Shown here piece after piece: positions 20,323 to 31,111 of a stretch of 64,000 bases of DNA (the first letter of the stretch is position 1; each line of letters opens with the position of its first letter). Source of the DNA: an uncultured Verrucomicrobiae bacterium (GTDB lineage Bacteria > Verrucomicrobiota > Verrucomicrobiia > Chthoniobacterales > Chthoniobacteraceae); assembly GCA_963828525.1 (NCBI GenBank), contig CAWHEP010000009.1:128001-192000 (forward strand), written 5' to 3'. Both the position numbers and the translations under genes were made by a program. The notes under the pieces were generated by a model. It searched no databases. It was not told the origin of the DNA and saw only the letters and a list, made by a program, of their open reading frames with translations.

Positions 20323-21317
20323 GAGGCAGTCTCCGTTCCTGGGGGATGGACCGCCAAAACTTGCAGACAATGGTGATAATGCGCGTCGCCGCGCCCGGGG
20401 AGGATGTTCACTCCGGGAATAGTGAGACCATATATCCTCTGTGAGCGTTCAGCCTTGATCACCCACAGAGCCAGCTGCGACAACCTCGCCTCCGTGTCCA
20501 AACCTGGCAGAGATTCCCACTCGAGCGAGAGCCGGTCATCCTGCTCCGCCGAAAACTGCTTCACCAGCAGCGGCTGCCCCCTTGCGACAGCCTTCCAGTC
20601 CACATGGCGCTGCGATTCGCCGAGTTGATAAGCTCGCACCCCCGCGAAGTCATCCCCTTCCCGCCTGGCGCCTTCGCGCTCAGCCGCGGTTGCCTGGCGT
20701 GAGCTCGGCAACTCCTCACGGCCGCTGGGAGCGGGATAGACAAGATATCGCTGCTCCACCGAGACGGATTGTTCGGCCTTGAAGAAACCGAGAGGATAGC
20801 TACTGGAGAGCTTTAATCGGGTAACAACGTGTGAGCCCCGGCCCGTCGCGATGAAACGGATTTCCGCCCGTTCCGCCGCATTCGGCTCCAACCCATGGAT
20901 GAACGCGAGGCCGCTGGGAACCACACCCTGCATCGACTGCAATAACCGCCGCGTAAAGCGGTTGTCGGAGCCAGTCCTCTTTAACCCCCGCCCCTCCGCG
21001 CCAGGTTCATAGACGGAGACACGCAATCCGTATCGCCGGGCGCGCGACTGGTTATTTGCCTCAAGCGGGATGACTATTTCCTGGCCAGCGAAAGCCGGCT
21101 CAGCCGATTCTAGCGCCATCCGGCACCCACTGAGGTTCAGCAATGTATGGACGCAGGAGATCAGCGCGATGCTGCCAAGCACGAAGAAAAACATGTAGAC
21201 TGCCGCGCTGCTCTGGCTGGCGGCGGCATACCACATGCCAAAAAGCAGCAGGCCGAGTCCGCCTCCGTTCCACGTGGGGGAGAGAAAAACCCACCCTTGA
21301 AAGGAATTTCTCTTCAA
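20319..21317 (-). CDS. DUF58 domain protein (MoxR-associated)
   Basis: N-terminal TMs; YPLGFF, VYPAP, DFAGVRAYQLGES.RHVDWKAVAR. Confidence 0.88.
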   Translation of the reverse strand: MKRNSFQGWVFLSPTWNGGGLGLLLFGMWYAAASQSSAAVYMFFFVLGSIALISCVHTLLNLSGCRMALESAEPAFAGQEIVIPLEANNQSRARRYGLRVSVYEPGAEGRGLKRTGSDNRFTRRLLQSMQGVVPSGLAFIHGLEPNAAERAEIRFIATGRGSHVVTRLKLSSSYPLGFFKAEQSVSVEQRYLVYPAPSGREELPSSRQATAAEREGARREGDDFAGVRAYQLGESQRHVDWKAVARGQPLLVKQFSAEQDDRLSLEWESLPGLDTEARLSQLALWVIKAERSQRIYGLTIPGVNILPGRGDAHYHHCLQVLAVHPPGTETAS

Positions 21318-21342
21318 CGTCAGCGCCGGTTTTCGGAGATGT

Positions 21343-22365
21343 TCAGTTCACTCCGACGGACTTCAGCAGGTTTTCGGCGAGGGCTCGCCCCGACTCTCCG
21401 GAATTTTCGACATCGTGTCCGAGGCGGTGCGCCATGACCGCGACACCCACGGCTTGCACATCTTCCGGGAGCACCATGTCACGCCCCTGCATCAGCGCCC
21501 ACGCTTGGGAGGCATGGAGCAGGGCGAGGCCGGCGCGGGGCGAAAGGCCTATCCTATGTCGGCGCCTGCTCGCCTCCAGGAGATCCTGCAAGTAGTCCAG
21601 CAAAGGCCCCGACACGTGCGTCTTCCTCGCCTGCTTCTGCACCTCGTGCAACATGTCGCCGGAGAACACCGCCTGCATCTTCAGTAAAAGCTCACGACGA
21701 TCCATTCCCAACAGCATCGCGCGTTCGCTCGCGCGATCTGGCACGCCCAGCTCGATCCGCATAAGGAACCTGTCCAGTTGCGATTCAGGCAGCGGGAAGG
21801 TGCCGATCTGCTGCTGGGGATTTTGCGTCGCGATGACGAAGAACGGACTGGGAAGCGGATGAGTCACACCATCTATGGACACATGGTTCTCTTCCATCGC
21901 CTCCAGCAGCGCGCTCTGGGTCTTCGGCGTGGCGCGATTGATCTCGTCAATGAGAACAACCTGGGAAAACAGTGGGCCCGGGTGGAAAGTGAATCGCTTT
22001 TCGTTCTGATCGAAGATCGAGTTCCCAAGGATGTCGGCGGGCAGCAGGTCGCTTGTAAACTGCACCCGGCGAAAGTTCAACCCCAGCGAATTTGCCAGCG
22101 CGTGAGAGAGAGTCGTTTTCCCTACTCCAGGCACATCCTCGATCAGCAAATGCCCGCGCGCCACAAAACAAGTCACAGCGAGCCGGACGGAACGTTCCTT
22201 GCCGACGATAATCCTGCTCACCTGGTCGGTGAACTCCTCGATGCGGCTTCTCACTGATTTAACATCAGCGAGAGCGCGTCCCTTTGCAACGACGCTGCCT
22301 GTCGATCCATTTACAAAGTTGCCTTCTTGTCTCAGCGCCGGTTCTTCCAACGAAATCTCGCTCAT
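21343..22365 (-). CDS. MoxR family AAA+ ATPase
   Basis: HLLIEDVPGVGKT, RVQFTSDLLPADILG, DEINRATPKTQSALLEAM, ATQNP, QLDRFL; start approximate. Confidence 0.93.
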   Translation of the reverse strand: MSEISLEEPALRQEGNFVNGSTGSVVAKGRALADVKSVRSRIEEFTDQVSRIIVGKERSVRLAVTCFVARGHLLIEDVPGVGKTTLSHALANSLGLNFRRVQFTSDLLPADILGNSIFDQNEKRFTFHPGPLFSQVVLIDEINRATPKTQSALLEAMEENHVSIDGVTHPLPSPFFVIATQNPQQQIGTFPLPESQLDRFLMRIELGVPDRASERAMLLGMDRRELLLKMQAVFSGDMLHEVQKQARKTHVSGPLLDYLQDLLEASRRRHRIGLSPRAGLALLHASQAWALMQGRDMVLPEDVQAVGVAVMAHRLGHDVENSGESGRALAENLLKSVGVN

Positions 22366-22542
22366 CGCAGAGCCGAGAAAAGCAGGAATCCGGCCATCAT
22401 AGGAGGAAACCTGGCTGGTCAAATAAGTCCCGGCCGGAAACGCGCCTGTAACATGAGCGCCACCTAAATGTAGCAACAAACCTTTCGACCTCCGCTGGTA
22501 AACTGTCGAAACTGCGAGCCAACCCAAAAAGAAGGATCATTT

Positions 22543-22794
22543 ATGACGGAAATCAGCATTCTTGACGGCAATTTGGTGATGCAAATCCATGGACAGCCCT
22601 CCTGCTTCCAAACGCGCATGGAGATACCGCTCGATCGAGTTATCGGCGTCAATGCGGCCCATCCGCCTCGGAAGAGCCTTCACGCCATTGCGCTGGATGT
22701 TCGCAATCACTATTCAAGAATGGTCGTGGAAGTTGCTGACCCGGCAGCCGCCATCGACCTTGTCCGCAAGGCGATTCCGGCGGCGACGCGTTGA
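22543..22794 (+). CDS. small hypothetical protein
   Basis: 83-aa ORF with AAGGA upstream, fills the gap between moxR and hflX. Confidence 0.6.
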   Translation: MTEISILDGNLVMQIHGQPSCFQTRMEIPLDRVIGVNAAHPPRKSLHAIALDVRNHYSRMVVEVADPAAAIDLVRKAIPAATR

Positions 22795-22916
22795 GCTTCA
22801 AGGCTCGCCGAATCGGTCGATATCCAAGCTGGCGCCCGACTCACCCTTGCTTGTGAGGCGGCACCCTGGCGATTCTTCGACGTGAGTTCCGCGCAAACAG
22901 TGTTACACTCTCTTTG

Positions 22917-24228
22917 ATGTTTGAGATCAAGGAACGGGAGAAGCTCGTCGAGCGCGCTTTTCTCATCGGATCGTATGTGGACGCGGGGCGGAAAGGCGAG
23001 GCGGAAAGCCTTCTGGAGGAACTTGAGGAACTGGTCTCAACACTGGGGTTGCCCATCATAGATCGGATGCTGGTGCATCACCGGGAGTATCATGCCCGCT
23101 ACCTCGTCGGCTCTGGCAAGGCTCAGGAGATCGCGGATCGGATGAAGGAGCGCCATTGCGATGTCCTGGTCTTCGATAACGAACTGACTCCCGCTCAGCA
23201 GCGCAATTGGGAGGAACTCACCGGGGCAACAGTGGCGGACAGGCACGAAATCATCCTCGATATTTTTGGCGCGCGCGCCCAGACCCGTGAAGCGAAGCTG
23301 CAAGTAGACCTCGCGCGGATGGAGGTACTCGATGCCGCGTCTGACGCGGGCCTGGAGCCACCTTGGCCAGCAGGGCGGCGGGATCGGGGCGAAGGGCGAG
23401 GGTGAAAGCCAGCTCGAGCAGGATAAGCGAAAGATTCGCGGGCAGATTGAACGGCTCAAAGAGGAACTCGAGGATGTCCGGAGATCCAGAGCCACGCAGC
23501 GGAAGGATCGCAAACGCGCTCCCGTTCCCAATGCGGCAATCGTGGGCTACACCAATGCCGGCAAATCCTCGATGTTGCGCCGGTTGACGGGAGCCGAGGT
23601 GCTCGTGGAGGACAAACTTTTTGCCACGCTGGACACCACCACCCGCAAGATCGCCCTGCCAAACAAGCAGCCTCTGCTCCTCACCGATACGGTCGGCTTC
23701 GTCCGCAAGCTGCCGCATGAGCTTGTAGAATCCTTCAACGCGACATTGGAAGAAGCGGTAATGTCCGACTTCCTCATCCATGTGCTCGACGCCTCCCAGC
23801 CGGAAGTCATGGAATTTTACAACACGACGATGCGCGTCCTTGCTGATCTTAAAGCGGACGTCAAGGAGACGCTTGTCGTTTTCAACAAAGTGGACAAGGT
23901 GGAGGATCCCACTGTGCTCGCCGGACTTCGCAGGCATTTCCCAGAAGCTGTTTTCATCTCGCTGCGCACGGATGCGGGTGTCGATTTACTCATCGAGCGA
24001 ATTGGGGACTTTGTGAGCAAAGGGAGCGTGACTCTCGATTTACGGCTGCCTGCTCGCCGGGCAGACGTACTGGCGCGGCTCCATCGGGAGGGCACTGTGC
24101 TCGAAACAACCTATGAAGGCGAGAGCATCCATGTCCTCGCCACCGTATCGAGGCGCGCGATGGATGCGCTTGTTCCTTACATTGCCAATCCCGCCATTTC
24201 CGAGGCCAGCCCCGTCATCGCGGCATAG
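22917..24228 (+). CDS. hflX: GTPase HflX (frameshift near 23324)
   Basis: VFDNELTPAQQRN, ILDIF..RAQTREAKLQV; IVGYTNAGKSS, LFATLDTT, TDTVGF, FNKVD. Confidence 0.93.
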
Positions 24229-24237
24229 CCGGAGGCT

Positions 24238-24954
24238 CTACTCCGCGTGGTAGGCGGGCGCGTTCTCGATGGCAAGCTTCACGCGGGCGACTTGAACCCG
24301 GCTGTCGTCCCAAAGCACCTGCGTGATCTCATGCGGCGCGATGAGTATCTTTTTGCCTGAAAGCCAGCTTCCGGTATCCACCACAAACTGCTGTATCGTC
24401 CAGGTCGTGTCGTCCATCAGAAAATCCGAAACATGGCCCACCGCCCCATCCGTGGCCTCGATGTCGTACCCGATCATCTCCTCGGCGCTGCGCAGGTGGG
24501 CGTCCTCGTCTTCGCCGCGGGGTTTTGGATCGTCAGCGGCCGGAGGCATTTCGACCGGAGGTCCCATCGGAAAAGCGCCCGTCCCCCACAACGCGCCCGG
24601 GAACGCGCTTCCCCCCCAAACGGAGCCGCCTTCCCAGTAGGAGGGCCAACCGTAGTAGCGGTAGTATTCCTCCTCATAGACGCGGGAAACAGGCCGGTGC
24701 GATTCGATTGAAGGGCTGTCTTCTATCTGCTTCCGGGTGAGTTTGACTTCCAGAACTTTCCCATCCTTTGCGAGGCTTCCGAGCGCCACGGGTGAAAGAA
24801 GCACAAGACGACCGCTCAGCCATGAGCCGGTGTCAGCCACCACATAACGCACGGCCCAATTCTGATCGTCGAAATAAAAGTCTTTCACATGGCCGATCTC
24901 CCCGTCGACCGCGCCAAGTTTGTCGCCGTGCAACTGTTTTACGCTTCGAAGCAT
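24238..24954 (-). CDS. double PRC-barrel domain protein
   Basis: Two repeats: DGEIGHVKDFYFDDQNWAVRYVVADTGSWL and DGAVGHVSDFLMDDTTWTIQQFVVDTGSWL. Confidence 0.88.
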   Translation of the reverse strand: MLRSVKQLHGDKLGAVDGEIGHVKDFYFDDQNWAVRYVVADTGSWLSGRLVLLSPVALGSLAKDGKVLEVKLTRKQIEDSPSIESHRPVSRVYEEEYYRYYGWPSYWEGGSVWGGSAFPGALWGTGAFPMGPPVEMPPAADDPKPRGEDEDAHLRSAEEMIGYDIEATDGAVGHVSDFLMDDTTWTIQQFVVDTGSWLSGKKILIAPHEITQVLWDDSRVQVARVKLAIENAPAYHAE

Positions 24955-24985
24955 GCTTCGTTTCTGACCAAAAAAGCGGAAGCTG

Positions 24986-25816
24986 TCAAGCCTCCGGGAT
25001 CGAGGTAGACGCGGATTCAGCCGCGTGATTCAGCGCGTGAATAGAATGCCCACCATGATCCCATAGCAGGTGCTCCTGGATGCATCGAGTCACAAAACGT
25101 TTCGCTTCTCCGATGGCTTCTTCAAGCAAAAGGCCTTTTGCAATGCCTGCGGCAATCGCGGCGGAATAAGCGCAGCCAGTCCCGTGCGTCTTGACCCCAG
25201 CAACGAAGCCTGAGCTGAACTCCCGCGTGGAACCGCCAGAGCCAAGGATATCCGAGGCAACGGCTCCTTGCAAATGCCCGCCCTTCAGAAGGACAGCCGC
25301 GCCGCATTTGGACGCGAGCTCATTCACCGCGATCCTCATCTCCTCCACAGTGGTGACCGGCCTGCCTAGGATTACTTCCGCCTCATCAAGGTTCGGCGTG
25401 ATCAAATCAGCCATTGGGAAAAGGCGGTCGCGGTAGATTTCCAACGCGCCCGCATCCAACAGGGCATGGCCGCTTGTGGCGACCATGACGGGATCGACTA
25501 CAAGGAACGGTCGACGCGACATGGGCGCAAAAACACTTGTCAGAGCGCCGCACACTTCGTTCACGACCGCGCTTGAGTGGAGCAAACCCGTCTTGACCGC
25601 CGCAATGGGGAAACACTCAAACAGCAGGCGAATCTGTTCGGCTACCAGCCGAGGAGAGATCCCCTGTATCGCGCTCACCTTTCCCGGAATTTCGGCTACG
25701 ACACAGGTGATCGCGGTAAGTCCGTAAACGCCAAACGCGGTGAACGTTTTGAGATCCGCCTGAACCCCCGCCCCGGCGCTGCAATCTGAACCTCCTATGC
25801 TCAGGACACACTTCAT
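24986..25816 (-). CDS. thiD: hydroxymethylpyrimidine/phosphomethylpyrimidine kinase
   Basis: IGGSDCSAGAGVQADLKTF, VDPVMVATSG, ITPNLDEA, KGGH, THGTGC. Confidence 0.93.
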   Translation of the reverse strand: MKCVLSIGGSDCSAGAGVQADLKTFTAFGVYGLTAITCVVAEIPGKVSAIQGISPRLVAEQIRLLFECFPIAAVKTGLLHSSAVVNEVCGALTSVFAPMSRRPFLVVDPVMVATSGHALLDAGALEIYRDRLFPMADLITPNLDEAEVILGRPVTTVEEMRIAVNELASKCGAAVLLKGGHLQGAVASDILGSGGSTREFSSGFVAGVKTHGTGCAYSAAIAAGIAKGLLLEEAIGEAKRFVTRCIQEHLLWDHGGHSIHALNHAAESASTSIPEA

Positions 25817-25849
25817 CTCAGCCGCTGGTGGAGATTCTGGCAGAACGAC

Positions 25850-26626
25850 CTACATCCCCATGATTTGGTAACCGCCATCCACGTAGATCACCTGTCCAGT
25901 GATAGCCGCCGCCCCTTCGCTCGCCAGGAATACGCCGGTCGCGCCAAGCTCCGCCGGATCACAGCTCCTCCGCAGGGGCGCGTGCTCCTGGTAATGCTTG
26001 AGCATCGAGGTAAACCCGGCAATGCCACGAGCCGCGAGCGTCTGCACAGGCCCCGCGCTGATACAGTTGACCCGGATCTTCTTCGTGCCCAGGTCATAAG
26101 CCAGGTAGCGCGTCGTCGCCTCCAGGCTGGCTTTCGCGACTCCCATGACATTGTAGTGGGGCACCACCTTTTCGGCTCCATAATAGGTCATCGCCACGAT
26201 GCTCCCGCCATTAGTCATCAGAGGCGCGACTTCGCGCGACAAGCCCAGCAGGGAATAGGAGCTGATGTCGTGCGCCATCCTGAAAGCCTCCCGCGTAGTG
26301 TTGATGAAGTCGCCCTCCAACGCTTCTTTGGGAGCAAAGGCCACCGCATGCAGCATGAAATCCACTGTGGAAGTCTGCTCTTTGACCTTGCTGAAGAATG
26401 AAGTGATCTCCTCGTCCCTGGAGACGTCGCAAGGAAACAGCGGCGTCTCGCTGCCAAACTCGGATACGAGTTCCTCCACATTGTCCTTCAGCCGCTCTCC
26501 CTGGTAGCTAAAAATTAATCGAGCGCCCGCGTTTGCCCACGCTTTGGCGATCGCCCACGCGATGCTGCGTTTATTCGCCACGCCAAAGACGAGGCCGGTC
26601 TTTCCTTCGAGGATTCGATTGCTCAT
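25850..26626 (-). CDS. fabI: enoyl-ACP reductase
   Basis: GVANKRSIAWAIA, YNVMGVAKASLE, ISAGPVQTLAA, YVDGG. Confidence 0.95.
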   Translation of the reverse strand: MSNRILEGKTGLVFGVANKRSIAWAIAKAWANAGARLIFSYQGERLKDNVEELVSEFGSETPLFPCDVSRDEEITSFFSKVKEQTSTVDFMLHAVAFAPKEALEGDFINTTREAFRMAHDISSYSLLGLSREVAPLMTNGGSIVAMTYYGAEKVVPHYNVMGVAKASLEATTRYLAYDLGTKKIRVNCISAGPVQTLAARGIAGFTSMLKHYQEHAPLRRSCDPAELGATGVFLASEGAAAITGQVIYVDGGYQIMGM

Positions 26627-26723
26627 GTGGGTACCGTAGTGCGAGTCCCGCTGAATTAAAAAGAGGAAAGTTTTCGCCGCACTTCCCGGTGTCAAAACGA
26701 ACGCGTTGAATTATGGTGCGTTC

Positions 26724-27425
26724 ATGAAGTGGTTTTTGCTCGCGCTCTTCTGCGGGAATTTCGGAGCAGCCGCAGCGGACACGATTACCGCGCTGGAGGC
26801 CGTCGCTCTGCTTCCAGCGGATAAGCAGAAGCAGGTGTCCGTCGTCGAAGGCCGCGAAGGCGCGCCCGATCCGGTGCGGTGGTACGTCGTTGCAGCCGAT
26901 CCGTCGGAGCCGAACGGACTTCATGAATATGTGACGTCCGGCGGGGCCATCGTCGCGTCGCGTTCTGTTTCGCAGTTCGCCACCCGCCTCGCGCCACAAG
27001 ACGCGCTCGGCATTGATGCCGTGAAGTTTGACTCCAGCTACGCTGCCAGCATTGCGAAGAACTATGCCGACGCCGGAAAATTGAAGTTCAGCGCGATGAA
27101 CTACGAATTGCGAAAAGGACCCGATGCCATTCCGCGCTGGACGGTCTCCTGCCTGGATGATGACGGCAACGCTCTCGCGGAAATCACCCTCTCCGCCAGC
27201 AAGGGTAGTGTGATCTCGCATTCGGGATTTCCTGCCCTGCCCGAGAACACGGCCAAACCTCCGAAAAGGAAAAAGATTGTTTCTGTAAAGCGCCCGGTTC
27301 CAAGCCCCGCGCCGGTGGCTGAGCTTGTCCCAGCCAATCCAATCCCGGCGAGCACTCCACGCGGAACCTTGTTCCAGAAAGTGGGCAGCAGCATGGGCAA
27401 ACTGTTCGGCAGGAAGGATCAGTAG
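26724..27425 (+). CDS. secreted hypothetical protein (possible PepSY-like fold) with Pro/Lys-rich tail
   Basis: Signal peptide MKWFLLALFCGNFGAAAA; 5 nt upstream of glcD-like gene. Confidence 0.7.
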   Translation: MKWFLLALFCGNFGAAAADTITALEAVALLPADKQKQVSVVEGREGAPDPVRWYVVAADPSEPNGLHEYVTSGGAIVASRSVSQFATRLAPQDALGIDAVKFDSSYAASIAKNYADAGKLKFSAMNYELRKGPDAIPRWTVSCLDDDGNALAEITLSASKGSVISHSGFPALPENTAKPPKRKKIVSVKRPVPSPAPVAELVPANPIPASTPRGTLFQKVGSSMGKLFGRKDQ

Positions 27426-27430
27426 GAACC

Positions 27431-28840
27431 GTGGCGCTGGATCTCGCGTTGCGAAAGGAGCTGACACGGCTTCTGGGCAAGAATGCCGTCCGCGAGGACG
27501 ACGAGACGATCCTCGCGCATAGCGGCGACAAATGGTTCGCGAGCCACGCTCCCGACGTGGTGGTATTTGGCGAGTCTGCCGAACACGTTGGGAAGCTGCT
27601 GGCGTTTGCCTCGTTGCATTCCATCCCGGTCACTCCCCGGGGGAGCGGCTACGGTTATGTGGGGAGCTGCGTCCCCTCGCATGGCGGGATCGCCCTTTCC
27701 CTGGCCAGGATGCGAGAGATCAAGGAGATTAGCGACAGCGATTTTGTAGCCGTGGCGCAACCAGGCGTGATCACCGGCGCCTTGCAGGCAGCCGCGCGCA
27801 AGCAGGGTCTCTTTTACCCCCCCGATCCCGCAAGCCTGAAGGAATGCAGCATCGGCGGGAACATCGCGACGAACGCTGGCGGGCCGCGCTGCCTGAAGTA
27901 TGGGGTGACCCGGAATTACGTGCTTGGTTTGGAAGTGGTGCTCTCCGATGGCCGCGTGTTACGGGCGGGAAGCCGGACACACAAGAACAAAACAGGCTTT
28001 GACCTGGTCGGCCTGTTCGTTGGCTCGGAGGGGTTGCTGGGCGTCGTAACGGAAGCAACCCTGAAACTGCTGCCGCTCCCGCCGGCCCGCGCCACGCTCT
28101 CGGCGAGCTTTCTCACCATCGAGGAGGCTGCCACCGCCGTCCGTGACATTTTCAAAGCCGGATTCCTCCCCTCCGCGCTTGAGATCGCGGACGCGTTCAC
28201 GCTGGAGTCCGCGCGCAAGTTCGTCGGAGAGGCCATCGTCCCACCGGGGAATGCTCACTTGCTCATCGATCTCGATGGCCAGCCCGCGTCCGTGGCAACC
28301 GAGGCCGAATCTCTTTCCGCTTTACTCCGCAAGGCGAACGCGCAGCGACTGGAAACAGCGGAAGGCGAAGACGCGTGTGAAGTGCTTTGGGGGTTGCGCC
28401 GCGCCTTCTCCAACTCACTCAAGGCGACGGGCCTCACAAAGCTGAATGAAGACATCGCCATTCCGCGCGGCCGCCTGGTGGATCTCGTCCAATTCGCCGC
28501 GCGTCTTCGCGATAAATATGGGTATCCTGTCGCCTGCTTTGGCCACGCGGGCGATGGCAACATCCACGTGAATATCATGGCGGCCAACTACTCAGACCCC
28601 GCGGTCGCCCGCGATGTGCGCGTCGCCTTGGACGAGCTCTTTCGGCAGGTGATAGCGTGGGGCGGCGTCATCACCGGCGAACACGGGATCGGCCTGGCGA
28701 AGAAGCCTTGGTGGCCCCTGGCTGTGTCGCAAACCAGCCGCGATGTGCATGCGTCCCTCAAAAACTGCCTGGATCCCCAAGGTATATTGAACCCCGGAAA
28801 GTTCGTCGAAAACACGCTGCCCGGGTCACCTAGAGAATGA
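27431..28840 (+). CDS. FAD-linked oxidase, GlcD/D-lactate dehydrogenase family
   Basis: PDPASLKECSIGGNIATNAGG, GSEGLLGVVTE, FGHAGDGNIH, TGEHGIG, ILNPGK. Confidence 0.9.
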   Translation: MALDLALRKELTRLLGKNAVREDDETILAHSGDKWFASHAPDVVVFGESAEHVGKLLAFASLHSIPVTPRGSGYGYVGSCVPSHGGIALSLARMREIKEISDSDFVAVAQPGVITGALQAAARKQGLFYPPDPASLKECSIGGNIATNAGGPRCLKYGVTRNYVLGLEVVLSDGRVLRAGSRTHKNKTGFDLVGLFVGSEGLLGVVTEATLKLLPLPPARATLSASFLTIEEAATAVRDIFKAGFLPSALEIADAFTLESARKFVGEAIVPPGNAHLLIDLDGQPASVATEAESLSALLRKANAQRLETAEGEDACEVLWGLRRAFSNSLKATGLTKLNEDIAIPRGRLVDLVQFAARLRDKYGYPVACFGHAGDGNIHVNIMAANYSDPAVARDVRVALDELFRQVIAWGGVITGEHGIGLAKKPWWPLAVSQTSRDVHASLKNCLDPQGILNPGKFVENTLPGSPRE

Positions 28841-28905
28841 TTGAGCTGTCCGCCGCGAGCCCTCTTTTGGTTTTCCTTTAGTCCGCCTTTGGGTAATCTC
28901 CGCCA

Positions 28906-30183
28906 ATGCTCGATATCCGCCTGCTCCGTGACAATCCCGACTTGGTGAGAGCCCGCCTTGCCACGCGCAACAACGGGAGCGAGCAGACCATCGATGCCGT
29001 CCTGGAATGCGACGTCGAACGGCGTCGCATTGAAACGCAACTACAGCAACTGAACGCTGACCGGAATCGACTCAGCAAGCAAATCGGACAGGCAAAAGGA
29101 AAGGGAGAATCGACAGCGGAGCTGGAGGAACAGGTCAGGCCGTTCGGAAGTAACATCTCCGAACTGAACCGTCTGGCCGCGCTCGCCGACGAAAAGCAGC
29201 GCGATCTCCTCCTGCGCCTGCCAAACCTTCCCCATCCCGCCGCGCCTATCGGCAAGGAAGCGAAGGATAATCCCGTGGTGCGCTTTTGGGGCGAAAAGCC
29301 GGTGCTCCCAGCGCCTGTCCTCGACCACTTGCAAATCGCCGACAAGCTCGGCCTTCTCGATTTGGACCGGGCCGCAAAAGTCAGCGGCAGCGGTTTCATC
29401 TGTTTCACCGGCCAGGGAGCGCGGCTCGAGCGGGCGCTGATCAACTTCATGCTGGATCTGCACACCGGCAGCCACGGCTATACCGAAGTCAGCCCCCCTT
29501 TCCTGGTGCGGCGCGAATGCATGGTGGGCACTAATCAGTTGCCGAAATTTGAAGAAGACATGTACAGGTTGGAGAATGGAGCACTCTTCCTCGCTCCCAC
29601 CGCCGAGGTGCCGGTCACAAACCTTTACCGGGAGGAAATCCTGCCAGCGGCTGATCTGCCGAAGAAGATGACTGCCTACACGCCATGCTTCCGTCGCGAA
29701 GCCGGCTCGGCTGGGCGCGAGACACGCGGGCTGATCCGCGTCCACCAGTTCGATAAAATTGAATTGGTAAAGATTACGACCCCCGAAGCTTCATACGAGG
29801 AACTTGAAAAGCTCACCGCTGACGCGGAGGAAGTCCTTCAACTTCTAGGTCTCCACTACCGCGTCATTGAACTCTGCACTGGCGACATCGGATTCGGCGC
29901 GGCGAAGACCTACGACATCGAAGTATGGGCGCCCGGTCAGAATGCCTACCTTGAGGTTTCCAGTTGCTCAAACTTTGAGGAATTCCAGGCGCGCCGCATG
30001 AACCTGAAGTTCAAGGACGCCGCTGGCAAAAACCGCTTCTGTCACACCCTGAATGGCTCAGGCACCGCCCTCCCTCGCATCTTCGTCGCGTTGCTGGAGA
30101 GCTGCCAGCAGCCTGATGGCTCCGTAAAAATCCCCGAACCTTTGCGGAGATATACGGGGATGGACGCTATCAAGCCTGCATGA
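28906..30183 (+). CDS. serS: serine--tRNA ligase
   Basis: MLDIRLLR, LAPTAEVP, CFRREAGSAG, RVHQFDKIE, EVSSCSN, TLNGSG. Confidence 0.97.
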   Translation: MLDIRLLRDNPDLVRARLATRNNGSEQTIDAVLECDVERRRIETQLQQLNADRNRLSKQIGQAKGKGESTAELEEQVRPFGSNISELNRLAALADEKQRDLLLRLPNLPHPAAPIGKEAKDNPVVRFWGEKPVLPAPVLDHLQIADKLGLLDLDRAAKVSGSGFICFTGQGARLERALINFMLDLHTGSHGYTEVSPPFLVRRECMVGTNQLPKFEEDMYRLENGALFLAPTAEVPVTNLYREEILPAADLPKKMTAYTPCFRREAGSAGRETRGLIRVHQFDKIELVKITTPEASYEELEKLTADAEEVLQLLGLHYRVIELCTGDIGFGAAKTYDIEVWAPGQNAYLEVSSCSNFEEFQARRMNLKFKDAAGKNRFCHTLNGSGTALPRIFVALLESCQQPDGSVKIPEPLRRYTGMDAIKPA

Positions 30184-30255
30184 GCCGCCATTCCCGTCGG
30201 GGATCCGCCGAGGGTTATTCGCAGGAATGAAGAATGACTATGACAATTTCAAGCC

Positions 30256-30329
30256 TGGCTACCCCGCATGGATTCGAACCATGAATAACGCCTCCAAAGG
30301 GCGCTGTGTTACCGTTACACCACGGGGTA
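30256..30329 (-). tRNA. tRNA-Gln(UUG)
   Basis: Minus strand TACCCCGTGGTGTAACGGTAACACAGCGCCCTTTGGAGGCGTTATTCATGGTTCGAATCCATGCGGGGTAGCCA: acceptor stem, anticodon TTG, GTTCGAAT T-loop, encoded CCA. Confidence 0.95.
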
Positions 30330-30484
30330 ATTTTGGGCGGTAGAGCGAGTGTCGAATAAAAGAAGGCGCTCTGCAAGCGGATCGGATAGACAGGATTTGA
30401 GCTTCACGGGCGCGGGCGAACGGGACGTTGGCGCGTTTCGACGCGGACTTCAAGGGGCACCCTGGCGCGGCAATCGTACAAACT

Positions 30485-31108
30485 CTATACGACCGCCAGC
30501 TCCACAGACTTTTGCCCCCGTTGGATGCTGAAGAGGATTGGAGTTCCCGAATGCTCCTCCAGAACAGAACGGTTTGTTGTCGCTACGATGTCCTCACCCG
30601 CATCGATGTTGTTGAGGACGATGCCGGCGCACTGCAGACCATCCGCTCTTATCCTTTCGACGGTGAGAAGCGTGTGGTTGATCGCTCCAAGCCGGTTGCT
30701 AACGACGACCAGGACTGGCAATTCCAGCTCGCGCGCCAGATCGCTCACAAAGTATCTCCCCACGATGGGCACGCGCCAGCCGCCTACTCCCTCGACCAAC
30801 AGGGATCGGCGGTTTTCGCGGATGAGGCTGAACGCCCGCTTGATGGCGTCGATATCCACCGGGCGAGATTCGCGGGCGGCGGCGACGCTTGGGGCCGCCG
30901 GAGTTGAAAACCAGACGGGGTTGGTTTGGTCGAGTGTCAGTTCATTGCCGGAAGCTTCACGCAGAATCTCGGCGTCCTGGCGATCTCCACAGCAGATCGG
31001 TTTTATGCCAACGGTGTCGAGACCGGCGTTGCGGAGGCTGCGAATCAGCAGCGCGGTGACGTAGGTCTTGCCGACGCCTGTATCCGCGCCAGTGACGAAA
31101 TAGTTCAA
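30485..31108 (-). CDS. bioD: dethiobiotin synthase
   Basis: FVTGADTGVGKT, KPICCG, VEGVGG, LGAINHTLLT. Confidence 0.92.
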   Translation of the reverse strand: MNYFVTGADTGVGKTYVTALLIRSLRNAGLDTVGIKPICCGDRQDAEILREASGNELTLDQTNPVWFSTPAAPSVAAARESRPVDIDAIKRAFSLIRENRRSLLVEGVGGWRVPIVGRYFVSDLARELELPVLVVVSNRLGAINHTLLTVERIRADGLQCAGIVLNNIDAGEDIVATTNRSVLEEHSGTPILFSIQRGQKSVELAVV

Positions 31109-31111
31109 AAC

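Noticed and set aside
18293..22365. MoxR-DUF58-transglutaminase cluster as a novel system
   Set aside because: Well-known conserved triad
30256..30329. U1-A72 pair in tRNA-Gln
   Set aside because: Ordinary identity feature of bacterial tRNA-Gln, not unusual
30184..30484. tRNA-Gln as an island integration site
   Set aside because: No integrase, no duplicated tRNA 3' end seen, housekeeping genes on both sides
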